From Phoronis australis (taxonomy: Eukaryota > Animalia > Phoronida): a stretch of 64,000 nucleotides of DNA. Positions within the stretch are counted from its first letter, which is position 1. Each line of letters begins with the position of its first letter. A model generated the notes under the pieces. That model was given only the letters and a program-made list of their open reading frames with translations. It did not search any database and was not told where the DNA came from. The DNA is taken from NCBI GenBank assembly GCA_002633005.1, contig NMRA01000364.1, forward strand, positions 119,075 to 183,074. Direction: 5' to 3'. A program made the translations under genes and the position numbers. This document shows, in pieces, positions 12,569 to 26,175 of the stretch.

Positions 12569-14055
12569 GTCGGGCACCCTGGAGTTTTCGTTGCTTAACG
12601 TAGTAAGATGAAACGAAATATTCCACAGTTTCTTTGTTTTAAACATCCAGAAGATATCATTTGGAGTTAAAGGTGCTTGGAAAAACTGAAATCTCAAAAT
12701 TATCCATTCCCGGCGTTATCTCGACACACGCCGCTACTCAGTTTTAACCCCTGGCTTCTGTTTCCGGTGATATATCTCTTCTGTTAACTAGCTCAGGTGC
12801 TCTCTTATCATACATGTCCCTGGTCTTCTTTCTGTGCTGAATTACTCGTTAAGTACATGAAATTAATGATAACCAACAAGCGATCGAAGATGTCATTTGA
12901 AGTCTCCATCTTCATTGTCAGGCAGGTTGAAACTCCACATCTCAGTTGTACCCAATTGGCTGAGTGTGTTAGTTGTTACGCGATGTACGTTACGCAACAC
13001 GTGTTATCCTATCCCTATTGTTACGTTGCTTGTTATCTGACAAGTCCGGCCAAGTCGGCGATTCGTTGTCTGGGAAACTGGGTAGATTTAAAAGTGGATC
13101 GGATGGTTTCACAGTACGCGGAACACGTTTGTCAGGAATGAATTGCTTGAGATGAACTGGATATTTATTTGAGGGTTAAACGATCCCGCAACCAATCTAC
13201 CCCCAATCAAAAGTCCAGAATCGGCCCCTGATGAGTGTCTCGATTATCGAGATTTTTTACAAATCTCAGTGGTCGGGTCTAACCCACTGATGACTCTGAA
13301 CAAAAACAGTGGTGTGATCTATGTACTCGAAACTCGACTCGAAATTGGCCAGTTGTATGGTACGCTTCGTGTAAATATACACATTTGTGCTAGCAAAACT
13401 GGTTAAGTTTTGTGTTCGAGAGTAAAGTGACCCTAAGCCGTTCGAGATTTGGCATACTCGATATCTCTTCCAATAAATGATGCAATTGTTTCCCTACATA
13501 AGACAATGCTTGGTCTAAAATTTCTCGACAAAAATAATGACCATGGAAATCTTACTCTGTCATCATCCTAACTTGAACTGCATTGATGTCATAAAACAAC
13601 ATTTAGCGAACTTTCGATTACTTGCAGTATTAGGTTATAAGCCTTAAGAACAATGAAAAGAAAATTTTGTACTTTTTGTGCGAAATAAGGGAAGAGTAAA
13701 TGTGCCTGTGATACTTGAACTAAGCACCAGGTAAATCGATTTTTTTTCAAAGCACGGCGACTTTTGTGAGTTTTGAAACCAATTTGATCCAAGAAATAAA
13801 CAAACGAAGTGCCAGACGATTCTACATTTGCAATACTAGTACACAATATTGTAGAATAAAAAACACGATATGATTAAAATTTCATGTACAACAAGCGCAA
13901 AATTTCTTTCTGTAAAAATTGCTCACAGGCAAAAATAAAAAACATGTAGAGCTAAATAAAATAACTTGGTAATACTGTTTACAGGCGCTTGTGTTTATCT
14001 GTTCCTCGATCGCAAATGAGTCATCCGGAAATTCGAGCGCCTGTGACACCTACTG

Positions 14056-14141
14056 CTCGCTGGTTCCCTGCGTGCTTAGCCCAGCCAGCACGTGCTGGTG
14101 CGGCTACCGCCACACCTAGTGGTACGCAGGGAACCAGCGAG
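14056..14141. mobile_element. 86-bp MITE with 18-bp perfect TIR and 9-bp TSD (1 mismatch)
   Basis: ctcgctggttccctgcgt ... acgcagggaaccagcgag, flanked by cacctactg / tacctactg. A sister copy lies at 38615-38687. Confidence 0.85.
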
Positions 14142-16065
14142 TACCTACTGTTGTGTCGTCTATTGAAAAACGAACTAATTTGAAAAGTAAAAAATTTACG
14201 TGCTAACAGATAAATCGAGTAAATGATTCTTAATTAATTTCATGTGCAAGCCCTAAGGCCATAATGCAACTAGCTTCAAAACCCCAACAGAAAAAATCAA
14301 ATAATTTTCGTGTCTTGTTTCATGAATGGATTACCAGGCGAACACTTTTCCGCTGCAAACTTATTTTCGAGCGCAGCTCCTCGTGTATACATGACTTCGA
14401 ATTAAGCAGACGATTGCGTTGCCGCGATTACTAACGGTGCACTGCTTTACCCCCCACCCCCTTGGCTGCCGAAAAAAATAAAACAGCAAGAGCGTAGGGA
14501 AATGTTGAATTTATTAATTAACCCCGGTATTTAACATTATACGGCTGAAACAAGATTTAGATGTGTGAAGTTTTAGTGCGTTTGGGGGTGGAGGGGGGGG
14601 GGGGGGGGGGGGGCTANGGAGCAATCGTAACGGAACTAAGGCTAAGTATAGGCTGCGATATCCCAGGCGACCGGCAGTGGCGCTGCGCACTACGACTCCG
14701 TTTCCGTCGTCTGCTTCACTGTGCAATGAAGAAAATTACTTCATTTTTTAAAGAAAATAGAATCTGAGTGACGATGAAAAAACAGAAGCTGCTGGTAAGA
14801 TGTGAATTTTAATCGAAGCCTTAGTGAATCACTCAAAAACTAATAATTCTTTCTTTGTCAAACCTTAACTTGAGATGATTTCCAAAGCAATCGCGTCATT
14901 AATGCCAACACAAAAAAACGGATTTGGTCTTTTGGACAATTGAAGACTATTTTAAATACAACAAATTTGTTACGAACTGGTTGCACAAAATATAAAAAGT
15001 GTAATAAGCATTACAAAAATAAGTAGGTTTCGCGCGCAAACGCTGTGGACCATAAACAACTAGGTCTTTTAGTAATTAAATACGAGTGAAATTGTGGTGG
15101 TGCAATGGTAAAGCACGCGCGCTGTATACGCCAGGTCGTGAGTTCGAGTCTGAGTTTTATTCAGTTCTTCTTCAACTTTGACACGTTCTTCCTGTTTTTA
15201 TTTTTTTGTTTCCTTTTTGCCTTTTTTCATGGATAATACTTCAGGAATCAAGGAAAATGCTTGATATTTAGAGGAAAAACAGAAAAATTTTCTTGGGCAA
15301 ACCCCCTCCCGACCTCCCCCCCATTCGGTGCTATGCGCATCTACAATCGTGCTTTGCGCAAATGCTTACAGACAAAATGTTGCCCCCTCTTGTGATATCC
15401 TAGATCCGCTACCGTCCGATGCAGGAAAGCGTGCAAGTGAGCGTGGGGTGAAGTGTGTGTGACGACGAAGTTTCGGCGGGTTGCCTCTACAAAAGAAATG
15501 TGTCCAGTCGATTACAACGACATGTTTTAAAAAGCGCGTTAACTTTGCAATTTAGCCTACCCCTTGAGTTGTGCAACTGTTGACTTCCATTGTCTACGAC
15601 GGTGGTGACATGGTCAAGCTGCTCAACAGTTCACATTTTGAGGTATTACTTGAAATCAGCAAAACAAAATACACGTAGATATGATTGGTTCAACTGACCC
15701 GATAATGCCGATTATGCTGGTCATCGGGATGGATCCACTCAATCGTTGATCGGTTAGCCATCGCCTGATGTATGACTAAGGCATTAAACCAGTATTGGAT
15801 TATTTTTCTTAAGAACTTTCTCACGCCGACTGCAAATCATACTTACAAGAGCTGATCTCGAATTGACGAGTTAGACATAGACATGTCGATATACTTGAAC
15901 TGGTTAAAAACAATTGAGCAAAATGTCTGAAACTTCGAAATATTTGATGGCGTTGCGTAGGAAATGGCGTCAGCCATGACGTAATTTATTGTGACGCATT
16001 TCAGATATTTGTAACATCATCTGAAGATCGCGGTTCTCGAGTCGGGTGTGCTAGGAAACGCCAGC

Positions 16066-19000
16066 ATGTCGAGTGGAACTGGGGACAAAATATGCCCAAG
16101 ATGCGGTAAAAACGTGTATTTTGGTAAGAATAACTACGTAATACCGCCATGGCGTGGGACCAACACTCCTAATTCACGTCAGCTGAGGTCAGCGACGCCG
16201 GCGTAGCCTCTTACATTTGTCGACGGTGTAAAGACAGATACAAGCTTTCAATTTCAACTCCATTGACTCAATAGGTTATACAACTTTATCATTTAAGAAT
16301 TATGTAAAATTTCCCACTTGAATGAGGCATGGCGACGATCATTTATTACTGTTTGTGAATGGCAAACCAAAATCCATCAAGAAGCAATTTCAACATTTTA
16401 TTACTCGGTTCACCATTTTACAAAATCAGCAGACATGTTTTGTGGACAAATATGAGACGGAAGTTGATGACAGCACAAGTCAGTTTATTCATTTATTCAT
16501 TATTAATTTCTGGTGGCCATATCTAAGAAAAGTGGTGGCAAACTTACGTGTCACAAGCCCAAGGGTACTTGGACTGTCTAAATACGTTACCTATGTTTCT
16601 GCAGCCGAGAAAATATCCTCATTGGGAAGGGACTGGCATCGGCCGTGCTTGAGATGTGAACGATGCACCAGACTCCTGCAGGCTGGATGTCATGCTGAGG
16701 TAAACAACATGTGGCTCTTTAAGAAATAAACGCACAAACCCTATATCAGACGTCAGCTGTAGTGGCGCATTTTTGGGGACTTCGGGAGATTTAAACTCAT
16801 CTCAGTGAATGACTTGTGTAGTGAAAAAAATCTGTCATTCTGTGTTGAGGAACATTTGTGGATTGAAATGTGGTGAGGGGGCCACAATTTCCAAACGTTA
16901 AACAGAAGCAATAACCCAAATTTTGAGATGTACTGTCGGTGTATTTTTGATCATAAGGAATGTGAAAACTTTAGGACCGCCACTCATTTGCATTTTCTAG
17001 TAACGTGCACACGACACTGAAATTGATTTAACGCGGCACTTGTTCGACCATGAGCTCTTGTCGGAAATCACGACACCTTTGCGCTCTTGGGAAACTAGAA
17101 GGAAAGGATAAATTTTCGCCAATTATGAGCATACGAAGTGCAATAGAGTATTAATACAGTGGCCATATGTTACGTTCACCCATTACGGTACACGCAAGAG
17201 CGAGTAATTTTTTATAAAAAACTGCCACCTAAGATTAAAAATTGAGCAAATGGGTACAAAATTGACCTCTGCCAAATATGTACAGTCCACAAAATGTAAT
17301 GGCTATGCATATTTTTGGATATGTGCTGTAACAGAGTTTACCATTAATTGTGCTTACAATAGAACGTAAACTTCCCACTATAACTTATCCAAATTAATTT
17401 GAATTGCATAAGGCCTACTAGTAGAGAACTAGGTTTTGTTAATCTTTATTTACAAATAAAATAAACCAACATTTTCTATTGTTAAGATCACCTGGCATTC
17501 TCCCTATTTAGCTTTTCGTTTTCAGGTTTTCACAGAAGAAAACATCGATTTTCTCACTAAACTGCGGCGACATTCTTGACAACCGACTGTATAAACGCAC
17601 TATAAGACATTGCTTAAATCGTGTTTTGTCTGCTAGTGGCCAAATGCGTCATTTTTATGATATTTCCAGTCACGGTGTTTTTGTTGTTGAAAAGCTGTAA
17701 CATCTATTGAAAGTGCTTTTCTTTTTCAGCACGAGGGAATACCTTACTGCTCCAATCCGTGCTATTCTTTCCTGTTTGGGCCTGGAGGTAACAGTACAGG
17801 GAAACAATACACTCGCCACGAACACTCCCCAGTCAGCTATAAGGCACTTTGATATCCAACCACAATGTTTTCTGGGGCGTGTTCCGTGCACCGCGAGCCA
17901 CTCGCGATGCACTTGTGCAAGAAATGTGCCCGCATTTCACCACTACGCCCTCGCTGTTCCATCACTAGCCGAGTGGCAGTCATTTTTGGTAATCTACGCC
18001 AGTACCGATTCGAGTTTACTCGCGAAATACGCGTTTGGTTTTAACTAAGTAGTCATACGTGATCTCAATTTTCTCTCAAGAAACTTAACGGAACGCGCCC
18101 CAGGGTTCAGTCAGTGACTTTCCGCAGTGTTTTCTAGTCCAGCCACCAGATTTGGCTCACCGTTTATAGATTTTGGTCATTGCCGATTGAGAAGTCTGCT
18201 TGGCTATTGAATTGTTTCTCCGGCTCCCTGCAGAGTAGTACCCTCTGACACAGCGCCACCTATGCTGCTAACTTTCGTTTAGCACTGTGATAGAGTGTAA
18301 GTTTATCTGAGTAAGCGACTGCAACGGATGTTGGTGCACTGTTGCTATGTGGCCACAAAAAGAAAGGCTCACAAATGACTTCTCAAAACCGTAGGCCTAC
18401 CTTCTGTTTCTAAGAAATTGTGAAAATAAACATAATTTATAAATCTAGGTCTATGTGCTTGACAACGTGGCACATATATCTCAGAGGTACATCCCAGCCA
18501 CGTGAGGGAAAATGGTTTAAGCAAGGCACTGGGCACTAAAATGAAAATCATGAAATGAGTGGTTCACACTGGTTGTTTGTTTGATAAAGGTGGAGCTTTG
18601 AATGATGGCTTTAGTTTGAAATGTTAAAACATACATTCTGGGAGTGGTTATACTCTGAGACATACTGGAAAAGAAGACAGAAAATAGAGTGGCTTCAATT
18701 CATGACCATGGAGACTGTCAATCTAATCTGAAAACGGCTGATTCTGTGATTAATTCGTAACCTATAGGGTGCGCCCATTTTCAGGTCTTAAAGACGTTAT
18801 CAGCGAAAGATGCTACTTCTTCCGCGAGAACCAGCGAATATTAACATTTGGGCCAAGCGAACATCTCTGACATCTGGTTCTTGATTGCTCAATCTGATGA
18901 GGTCACCTCAGAGTCATTTCAACCTATTGAGTGTATGCCTTTACCTGACGTCATTTTAACCATAACCCTGACGACAAACGCGGGGATATAAGTTGCAATC

Positions 19001-20891
19001 ACTATGCCTGCTGTCACCGTGACAGGACCAGAACACTAAATTGTAATTCGGTTACAGTACAAATGTGCATTTCAGTAATTTGCATCTCATGGTTACCCAA
19101 AAAGTAACAGAATGAAATTAAAATCTTTGGGCAGCAATTGAATAAGTCTCGGCAAGGGAGAGAAATAAAAACATTTGAAACGTTAAAATGCGCTTGCAAA
19201 TCTGATTAGCTTAGTATGGTAAAAACCTGACTAAATTGACTGCTTTCAAGCTAATACTCCCAACTTTCAAGATATCCACCAGAGAGGCTCAAATGCTAAC
19301 ATACTCTGGTGTTCTCGGTATATTATTCTGCTTATGAGAACCAGTTAAGTACTAACGGTCTGGGTTCGAGACTACCAGTGAATATAAAACAATTTTTGCA
19401 TACGATATGGTGTCAAAGAGGGCGCATGAACGACAATTAAAACAAGATTGTCTGTTGTGGACTTTTGAGAAGAAATTTGGGTCTGCAAATACTTATGAAG
19501 GGGCCATGAATAGAACAGACGGGATTCTTTTACAAGTGTAATTTTAGTAACTACTTATAGAAGATTATAAATTTTTCCGACTGAAAATTTGTTTGGCAAA
19601 ACTGTCCAACAGCTGCCAACATGTACATGCACAGGAACAGTGCTCTGATTGGCTAAAGCCAAGATACACTTACTTGTTTATGTAGATTAGCTTTTGTCAC
19701 ATTTCGAGTTTTGATTACAAGTGCGGTCGCAACAGAGCTTTCACGAAACATGTATAATCTCATTCAGCTTTTATTTAGTATTTGATTTTTAACATACTTG
19801 AACTCAAGCGTTAACTTTGTGATCAACTGCATTTAATTGAACCTGGGAACTGCTTTAAAATAAATAAAGCATCTGTTTAAAGTTGGGGAAAAAACTGTCA
19901 GTCCGTTATGCTATGGGCATAACATGACCCGCCGTGATCAGTCCATATGTACTTGTTGAAAATGACCTCTCAGCCGTATCGAAGACCGGAAATCATGGAA
20001 CACGGAACAAGTTAAGATCACTTTCCCAACCGCAGGTAGCCTACTGGACGGAATGCTTGTCTAAGACAGTTTTAAGCCTTTAGATGTAGTGGGGTGGCTC
20101 TGCCACCGAGGTTAAAAGTGCTTTTCGTGTCACACGGGCCATTATGTTTATTGCTCTGCATGACAAATTTCAAATTTTCACCGTTTCATAATGTAGTGTA
20201 TTCAAAATGGCATAGATGAAACCTAAATTACATTGTTCTAAGTGTTTCTCTGCCACTGAAACAGAAGTCGAACTGTTCACCACGTATTTTTACGGTTTTT
20301 TTGCAAAGATTTTGAATCTTTGTCCATGTCATATCCCTTTAGTTTCAAATTTAAAAAAACGATCCGTCAACTGCTCGTCACTTCGTCGAAATTTCTCCCA
20401 CACCACAAAGCACGTCCCCTTATTTGGTATGGTAAGACATAGCTGTAGCACATTTGCTTTTTATGGAAAATGTGAACTTTGACCTCTGATGTGAACAGTT
20501 CGACTTCTTTGAGCGCATGAGTGCATATATGTCATTAGGGCGGAGAAGTTGAAAAGAGTAATAGGACGAAAGAGTTCATACTTCGTCTGGTTTTCAAAAA
20601 AGTGAATCTGACGATTGCTTCTAGAAATTCTTACAATATTCAAAGTGACTAATTCTCACGTTAACATCCCGAAGAAGTAGATTCAAGAAAGGTAGTTTTA
20701 CGAGTTTTTGCGTTTCCGTCATGCCTCTTTATTGTGTCCGAAGTTATCGTTCACTGCAGCCAGACTACAGGCAAGGACAAAAAGCAACACGCATTTGGAA
20801 TTCAGTAGGCTATACACGTGTATTTTTTGCAGGTTTTGGTCGTGGAGGCGCAGAAAGTCACGTTTTCAGAAAACCCGCTGGAGAAAATTAG
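16066..20891 (+). CDS. CRIP1: Cysteine-rich intestinal protein-like single-LIM protein, copy 1 (89 aa); exons 16066-16123, 16605-16699, 17730-17787, 20833-20891
   Basis: Spliced product [89 protein letters not shown]. All 8 LIM Zn ligands and the CRIP1-type [10 protein letters not shown] tail are present; introns are GT-AG. Confidence 0.93.
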
Positions 20892-22264
20892 TAAGAAATT
20901 CAGGTAATGATTTCACGCGCATACAGGGAGCCTACGTGCTCACTGAAAATGAGTAGATTAATGTATCTGATGGGTTTTCAAAGCATGCCTTGCGTTTGGC
21001 AGGCCTGGAACACATAGAAATGTAAAAGCAATGCAAAAACAACCAAACACGATTAAAAACGGAACATTTAACTGGTCTAGTCCCTAATGATTTCCGGGCA
21101 AGTGATGAACGAAAAATGAGGAATAATAGTGTAAACTTCCATGCACACCAACCTGGTTGTTGAAACGAATGTTGCATTTCATTTCAGTGATGATTGTCGA
21201 TCGGAAGTTACTAAGAGATTGCAAAAAAGACTTGCCTTTATCCGACAAGCTGGAAGATTCTCCTCATACTGGCCCATGCGTCACGATTTTGTTAAGTTTC
21301 TCAGTTCCTATTGACTCACACAGCAATTGGATCTGCAAAAAATTAGAATTGCTTTCTTTTGTTAAGTGCACGAAACGAAACTAATAAATTAACACGTGGA
21401 AGCCTTATTTTCTTTTCTCAACTGCACCAGTAACGCTTTTAAAGTTACCCATACTGAAAATTCAACCCTCAAGCAAATAGTGTGTTAGATTCTTAAAGAG
21501 ACACCAAGAGGGAGAATAGTTATTTTCTGAACTAAGCCTCAGTGTAGTTTCAAACTTGTCACTCCCACTGTCGCAGTATCACGTTCTCTGCTGGCGGAAC
21601 TAAATCTCACTCAATGAATGACACAAGGAGCTACCCCAGCCAACAGCATGCAGGAAGACATTTTAAGCATACTTTTAAAACTCAAAAGTTAGTGGCCTTG
21701 ATTTCAGCTAATGCCTGTCGGATAGCGGCGAGAGTTGGCGATTACAAACACCCAACGGAATTGTGTTGTGTTACAGCTCAGGTTGAAAACTTCGGTTCTC
21801 AGTGGTCAAAGCCAATAACACCAAGAAGCTAATCCCAAACAGCACCATGCACGAAGACATGAATACGGGTTTCCTGCCAACAGTAATCTCAAAATCGCGT
21901 ATTTCGTCTCCAAATATCGTATGACCAGTCTAAAAATTTTATAGAATTCAAGAAGTCGTGAGGTTACCGTCAGATCTAACACTTCTCCAAAGAATATAGG
22001 AAAAGGCATCTATTATCAGACACCGTTACTATTACCTGGTATTCATGGCTATCACTGTGAGCGCAAGTGCTTGGAGAAACTGTTCTCGGTGGATGATTAG
22101 CGGTAGCCAAGTATGGCTAAATGTATAAAAGTTCAAACGAGACTCGTGACACTTAGAACAGGTAAGTGACGTCACTAAAACTACACTCTGTATTGTCATC
22201 TCGGAAGCTAGGCAAATACCTCCAAAGAGCTTTTGGTGCTTCGATCCAAGCAAATCGTCTGCTA

Positions 22265-24617
22265 ATGGCTTCCGGAACTGGACAACCTTGCCCCAAATGT
22301 GGGAAGCCTGTGTTCTTTGGTAAGCATACGGAAGACGGCGCTGCTGAACACTTCTCCAGTACATATATTTGTCTTTGATCAGCTCTCATGTGTGTATACT
22401 TCGATATATCAGTTCTGTATATTGCAACTATATACAGAAATTCGTATTTAACAAAACCCAATGACCAATTTTCTAAGGTTTCTAGACTTTTGTATGGGGC
22501 TTCCGATTGATTTTAAAACGTCATTTGCGTGCCTTAATGTCACTTAGCGCTTGACATTAACCTCCAACTGAATACCACTGTATTTGTTCCTCATCTAAAT
22601 TCTACGAATTTGCTGTATTTCCATCTAAATGGGATTTAAGGTGTAATAAGTTTTGCAACAACAATAACGTGAGATAACAGTCAGACGTTTATTCACGTGG
22701 TAGTCATCATGTTTCCACTGCTAACCGCTAGGTGGTCTTAAAAAACAAAAGAACAACTCTCATAATATTAATATAACAAGGTTATAACAAATCGTCTCAA
22801 AATGCCTGTTACTCTAATTCCATGTCATATGCAGCGGAAAAGGTGACGGCTGGCGACAAAGACTGGCACAGACCATGTTTTCGCTGCGAGAGGTGTACCA
22901 GAGTTCTGTCGCCTGGTGATCAAAACGAGGTATTGTTCTTAGGGTTTGATCAAGGCGAAGCCTCTTTGCGTAAAAATTTATCGCATTAGCAAATTTTATA
23001 AATGCAAACCCACGATCTGTATTAAGCTTAAAGTGTAAATTGCAAGGTCCTAATAATACTTAATTTAATAAAACGTGAGAGGTATTGATATTTTGTTGTA
23101 TCGTGTTCTAATGAACATGAGATTTAGTGTTTCAAAAAAAATCGCGAAAAATTGCCCTTTGACCTTATGACATGGTGTGCGGAAATAAAAATATTATCCA
23201 CAATTCAAAACAGCACTCCATAACAACAGCGTTCAACACCTGATTCGAAGCACAGAAGACAACCCATTCCGTCCGAACGTATTACAGCTTCAGTAACTCC
23301 ATGAGTCATGGTAAAGTATAGATAATCGGCCTGCATGTTGCGTTACCAGGTAAAAGGCTGCGCTCAGCAGTTAACAAAGGAGTCAGATGTTATCAGACGC
23401 TCAGTACCGATATAACATTAAATTTTGACCCCTGTGAAAAAAATCACCCGGTCCACTTTTTCAACGTTGAAAAATGACCACAGGTCTCTTTAGTTTAGTT
23501 AGTTAGCACCAGTGGCCGATTAACGATAACTGGGGTCCTAGCTTGTGCTCACGTTTGGGCCTCCTCTTCCAAAATCCCTTGGTACATTTTAATTGTCAAA
23601 AGTCTCGCTCATTCAGTTATACGAGTGAAAATCGGTCCCAAATTTCCAGTTTCCTATGCACTGCGTTTTTATACAAAATTGATCGACTACAGGCATCCTG
23701 AGTGATTGCTAGTTTGAAAACTGGATTCGAAGATACGAGTATGTTTATTTATAAAACCGAGTCCCAGTTATCTGAAGGGTACCAAGATACCCGCCAAAAA
23801 TTCAACGCTAAACAGGGCTGTACTATGAAAATGGCGATACTTCCGTAGCTGGCAGAGACCAACTTTCTGGAATCCATTTACTTAAAACAACTTCAAGGAA
23901 CTACTGAATACTATTCGTGGTAATCACTACCCATTAGTCCTCAAAATTGCCGTCAAACCTGACCCGCTTTATTTTCTTCATTTTTGGGGGAGCCACAGCG
24001 AAGGATCTGAACTGTGGCCTTAGACCGGGAAGTGCTTGTAAGCAAATACGGCGGCGAATGATTTGGGCCTCGAGCATCACTTCCGGAGTTACGCATTCAT
24101 TAATCACTTGAATCTGTAGAAATTTGCTGAACATTAATTTTTTTTCTAGATTAACAGAACATCATATTTTAACCAAAAATGACACAAGGAACGGTTGTCT
24201 TTCCCAATGAGATTCATTTGAGTAAATCAAGCTGCCTACAGAAATCTATTCGTTCTCTCGAGATATTTTTTCGTGTTTTAGCATGATGGAGCTGCCTATT
24301 GCAGAAATTGCTATGCAGTTTTATACGGTCAGGGAGGTAAGTGAACCTACTCTGTATCTTCTTTTGTGTGTCGCAGGTTTTTCAAGATGTTAAATCCACG
24401 TGGCAGATCAGTTGCCATCAGCACATGTCATGATCAACAATAGTAGCTTCCGGTGTTACCGAGCAGCGTTTCGTGATGAAAATGGTGAATATCTTACCGG
24501 CAGAAATATGTATTTTCACGATTTTGAAGAATTTTCCCCCCTATTCTTTAAGGCTATGGTCGCGGGGTAACTCAAAGTCACATCTACGATGATGATCCTA
24601 ACCAACAGAGACAGTAG
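22265..24617 (+). CDS. CRIP-like single-LIM protein, copy 2 (89 aa); exons 22265-22319, 22835-22929, 24282-24336, 24553-24617
   Basis: MASGTGQPCPKCGKPVFFAEKVTAGDKDWHRPCFRCERCTRVLSPGDQNEHDGAAYCRNCYAVLYGQGGYGRGVTQSHIYDDDPNQQRQ. Same intron phases as copy 1 and the same 95-nt exon 2. Confidence 0.9.
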
Positions 24618-25410
24618 GTGAGCAGAGGAAATCAACAACTATATTCGTAACTATACGCAGAAGTGCTATATTTAATGATGTTCTCTGAAATATATTGATG
24701 TGTTTCAACCCTTCAACATGCAGCATTGTTGACGTAGGGGGATATAACGTATTTATATATATATATTTTGAGAACCAGTTCGATGCCCGTTCAGTATTCA
24801 GTGCAGAAAATTGGTTCTCAAAATCCGGGCACGTTATATCCGATCATTACCATCTATATTGTAGTATGAATATGATATACTTGTGTCTTTAATTCGGAGC
24901 ATTTGCCAGATAGTGCATTGAAAGTCTTCTTTCGTTTTCAGTTCGTATTTTTACATGAGAAAATACAACCGTATTTGGCATGTTATATTTGCAAATATAA
25001 TAATGCTTAGCTTTAAAGCGAGAGCGTTGTAAACGACAGTGATTTTTTCAGCAATGGTCCACCAACGCATTGCGGGACAGATGAAGGTTTGTCAAGTTCA
25101 AATAACATGTAACGTAATACCTTATGTAAACACCTAATTCCTTAGAAACTTTATATTCTACATTACTTGTAATAAACCCACATTGAGGTTCACAAGAAGT
25201 GTGTTTGTTCGTTTGCCTTCAATTTGTACCGCTGGGCATTCGCTGCCATTTTGACATTGTATTTCCCATATGAGAGCTGGCCAACTGATTAGAAACATTA
25301 CGTTTGATAAAAAATACCAAGCTAGTTTTACAAGACACTTGGAAATAATCTAAATGAATTATAATTAGCTTCTATAGAAATTCCACAACTCAGCTTACTT
25401 CTGTGGTAGA

Positions 25411-25750
25411 GGACGCAGTGTGGCCTGGCGTGATAGCTGCCCGCTTTCTTTACTCTAGATAGTGGGTTCGGGTCTCGCTGGGCAACACTGCTAGACCCTT
25501 GAGTCAGGTTTCTAGCTCCTCAGATCGGTTTCAATTATATATTAATAAAGAACAAAAATGGTTCCGGATGATCAGTACCATGGGCCCACACTGCGCGGAC
25601 TGCGCACGTTTCTGTGGTACAACGTGCACCAGACCACCTGCAATTATTACTTTTGTGATATATGTATAACTTTTAAAAGCAGCAAAACCTATCCTTTTAA
25701 TGGAAGTGATGTGCATAACCTGTGTTCGTGCAGAATATGAATAAATATAC
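25411..25750 (+). mobile_element. tRNA-derived SINE
   Basis: A-box-like tggcctggcgtg and B-box-like ggttcgggtctcg; body shared with 4191-4390; AT-rich tail with aataaa. Confidence 0.65.
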
Positions 25751-25899
25751 TTTGACGTTTATACTATTATTACCTAGGAGTTTTACATCTAACATGCCCT
25801 TGGCAATACACAGATGTACTTAATCACGTAGAAAATATGTGACCCTTTAACCCATGGCCATTACTCTGGGAACTTGCGAATCGTTTACGTTCTACGAGC

Positions 25900-26175
25900 T
25901 CCACGACCATCATCATGATCTTCATGATCACCATCACTACCGTTATAGTCACCACCGCCATTATGGTCGTCTTCGTCGCTATCGTTACCATCACCATCAT
26001 CACCAGTCATTATCTTCATCATCAACATCGATCATCATCATCACCATTATTACAACCGCAGCCACCGCCATCACCATTGCCATCATCATTGCCACCACTA
26101 CCAACTTCATCATCATCATCACCGCCACCACCATGCACTGTCACCATCTTTGTCATCGTGATTGTTGTCGTCACA
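25900..26175 (+). repeat. Degenerate (CAT/CAC)n trinucleotide low-complexity tract
   Basis: catcatcac/caccat runs; these explain the His/Ile/Thr-rich spurious ORFs. Confidence 0.9.

Noticed and set aside
12569-12697. 43-codon N-terminal extension of the subtilase ORF in the ORF track
   Set aside because: It starts at a non-ATG codon. The signal peptide begins at ATG 12568, and an acceptor-like ctccag lies just upstream.
13225-13320. Two CTGATGA motifs as a hammerhead ribozyme
   Set aside because: No correctly placed GAAA after a stem II, and no stem I/III pairing.
14561-14800. Gly/Pro-rich ORFs and an MKKITSFF transposase-like start
   Set aside because: The ORFs arise from a poly-G tract containing an N, and the MKKITSFF frame stops after 13 codons; evidence is insufficient.
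15094-15155. tRNA-like sequence with A and B boxes
   Set aside because: No acceptor-stem pairing or clean anticodon arm; at most a decayed tRNA-derived repeat.
24337-24393. Alternative last exon of CRIP copy 2 via the acceptor at 24375-24376 (GFSRC*)
   Set aside because: It would need a 40-nt intron, and the exon at 24553 gives the homologous GYGRG..SH tail.
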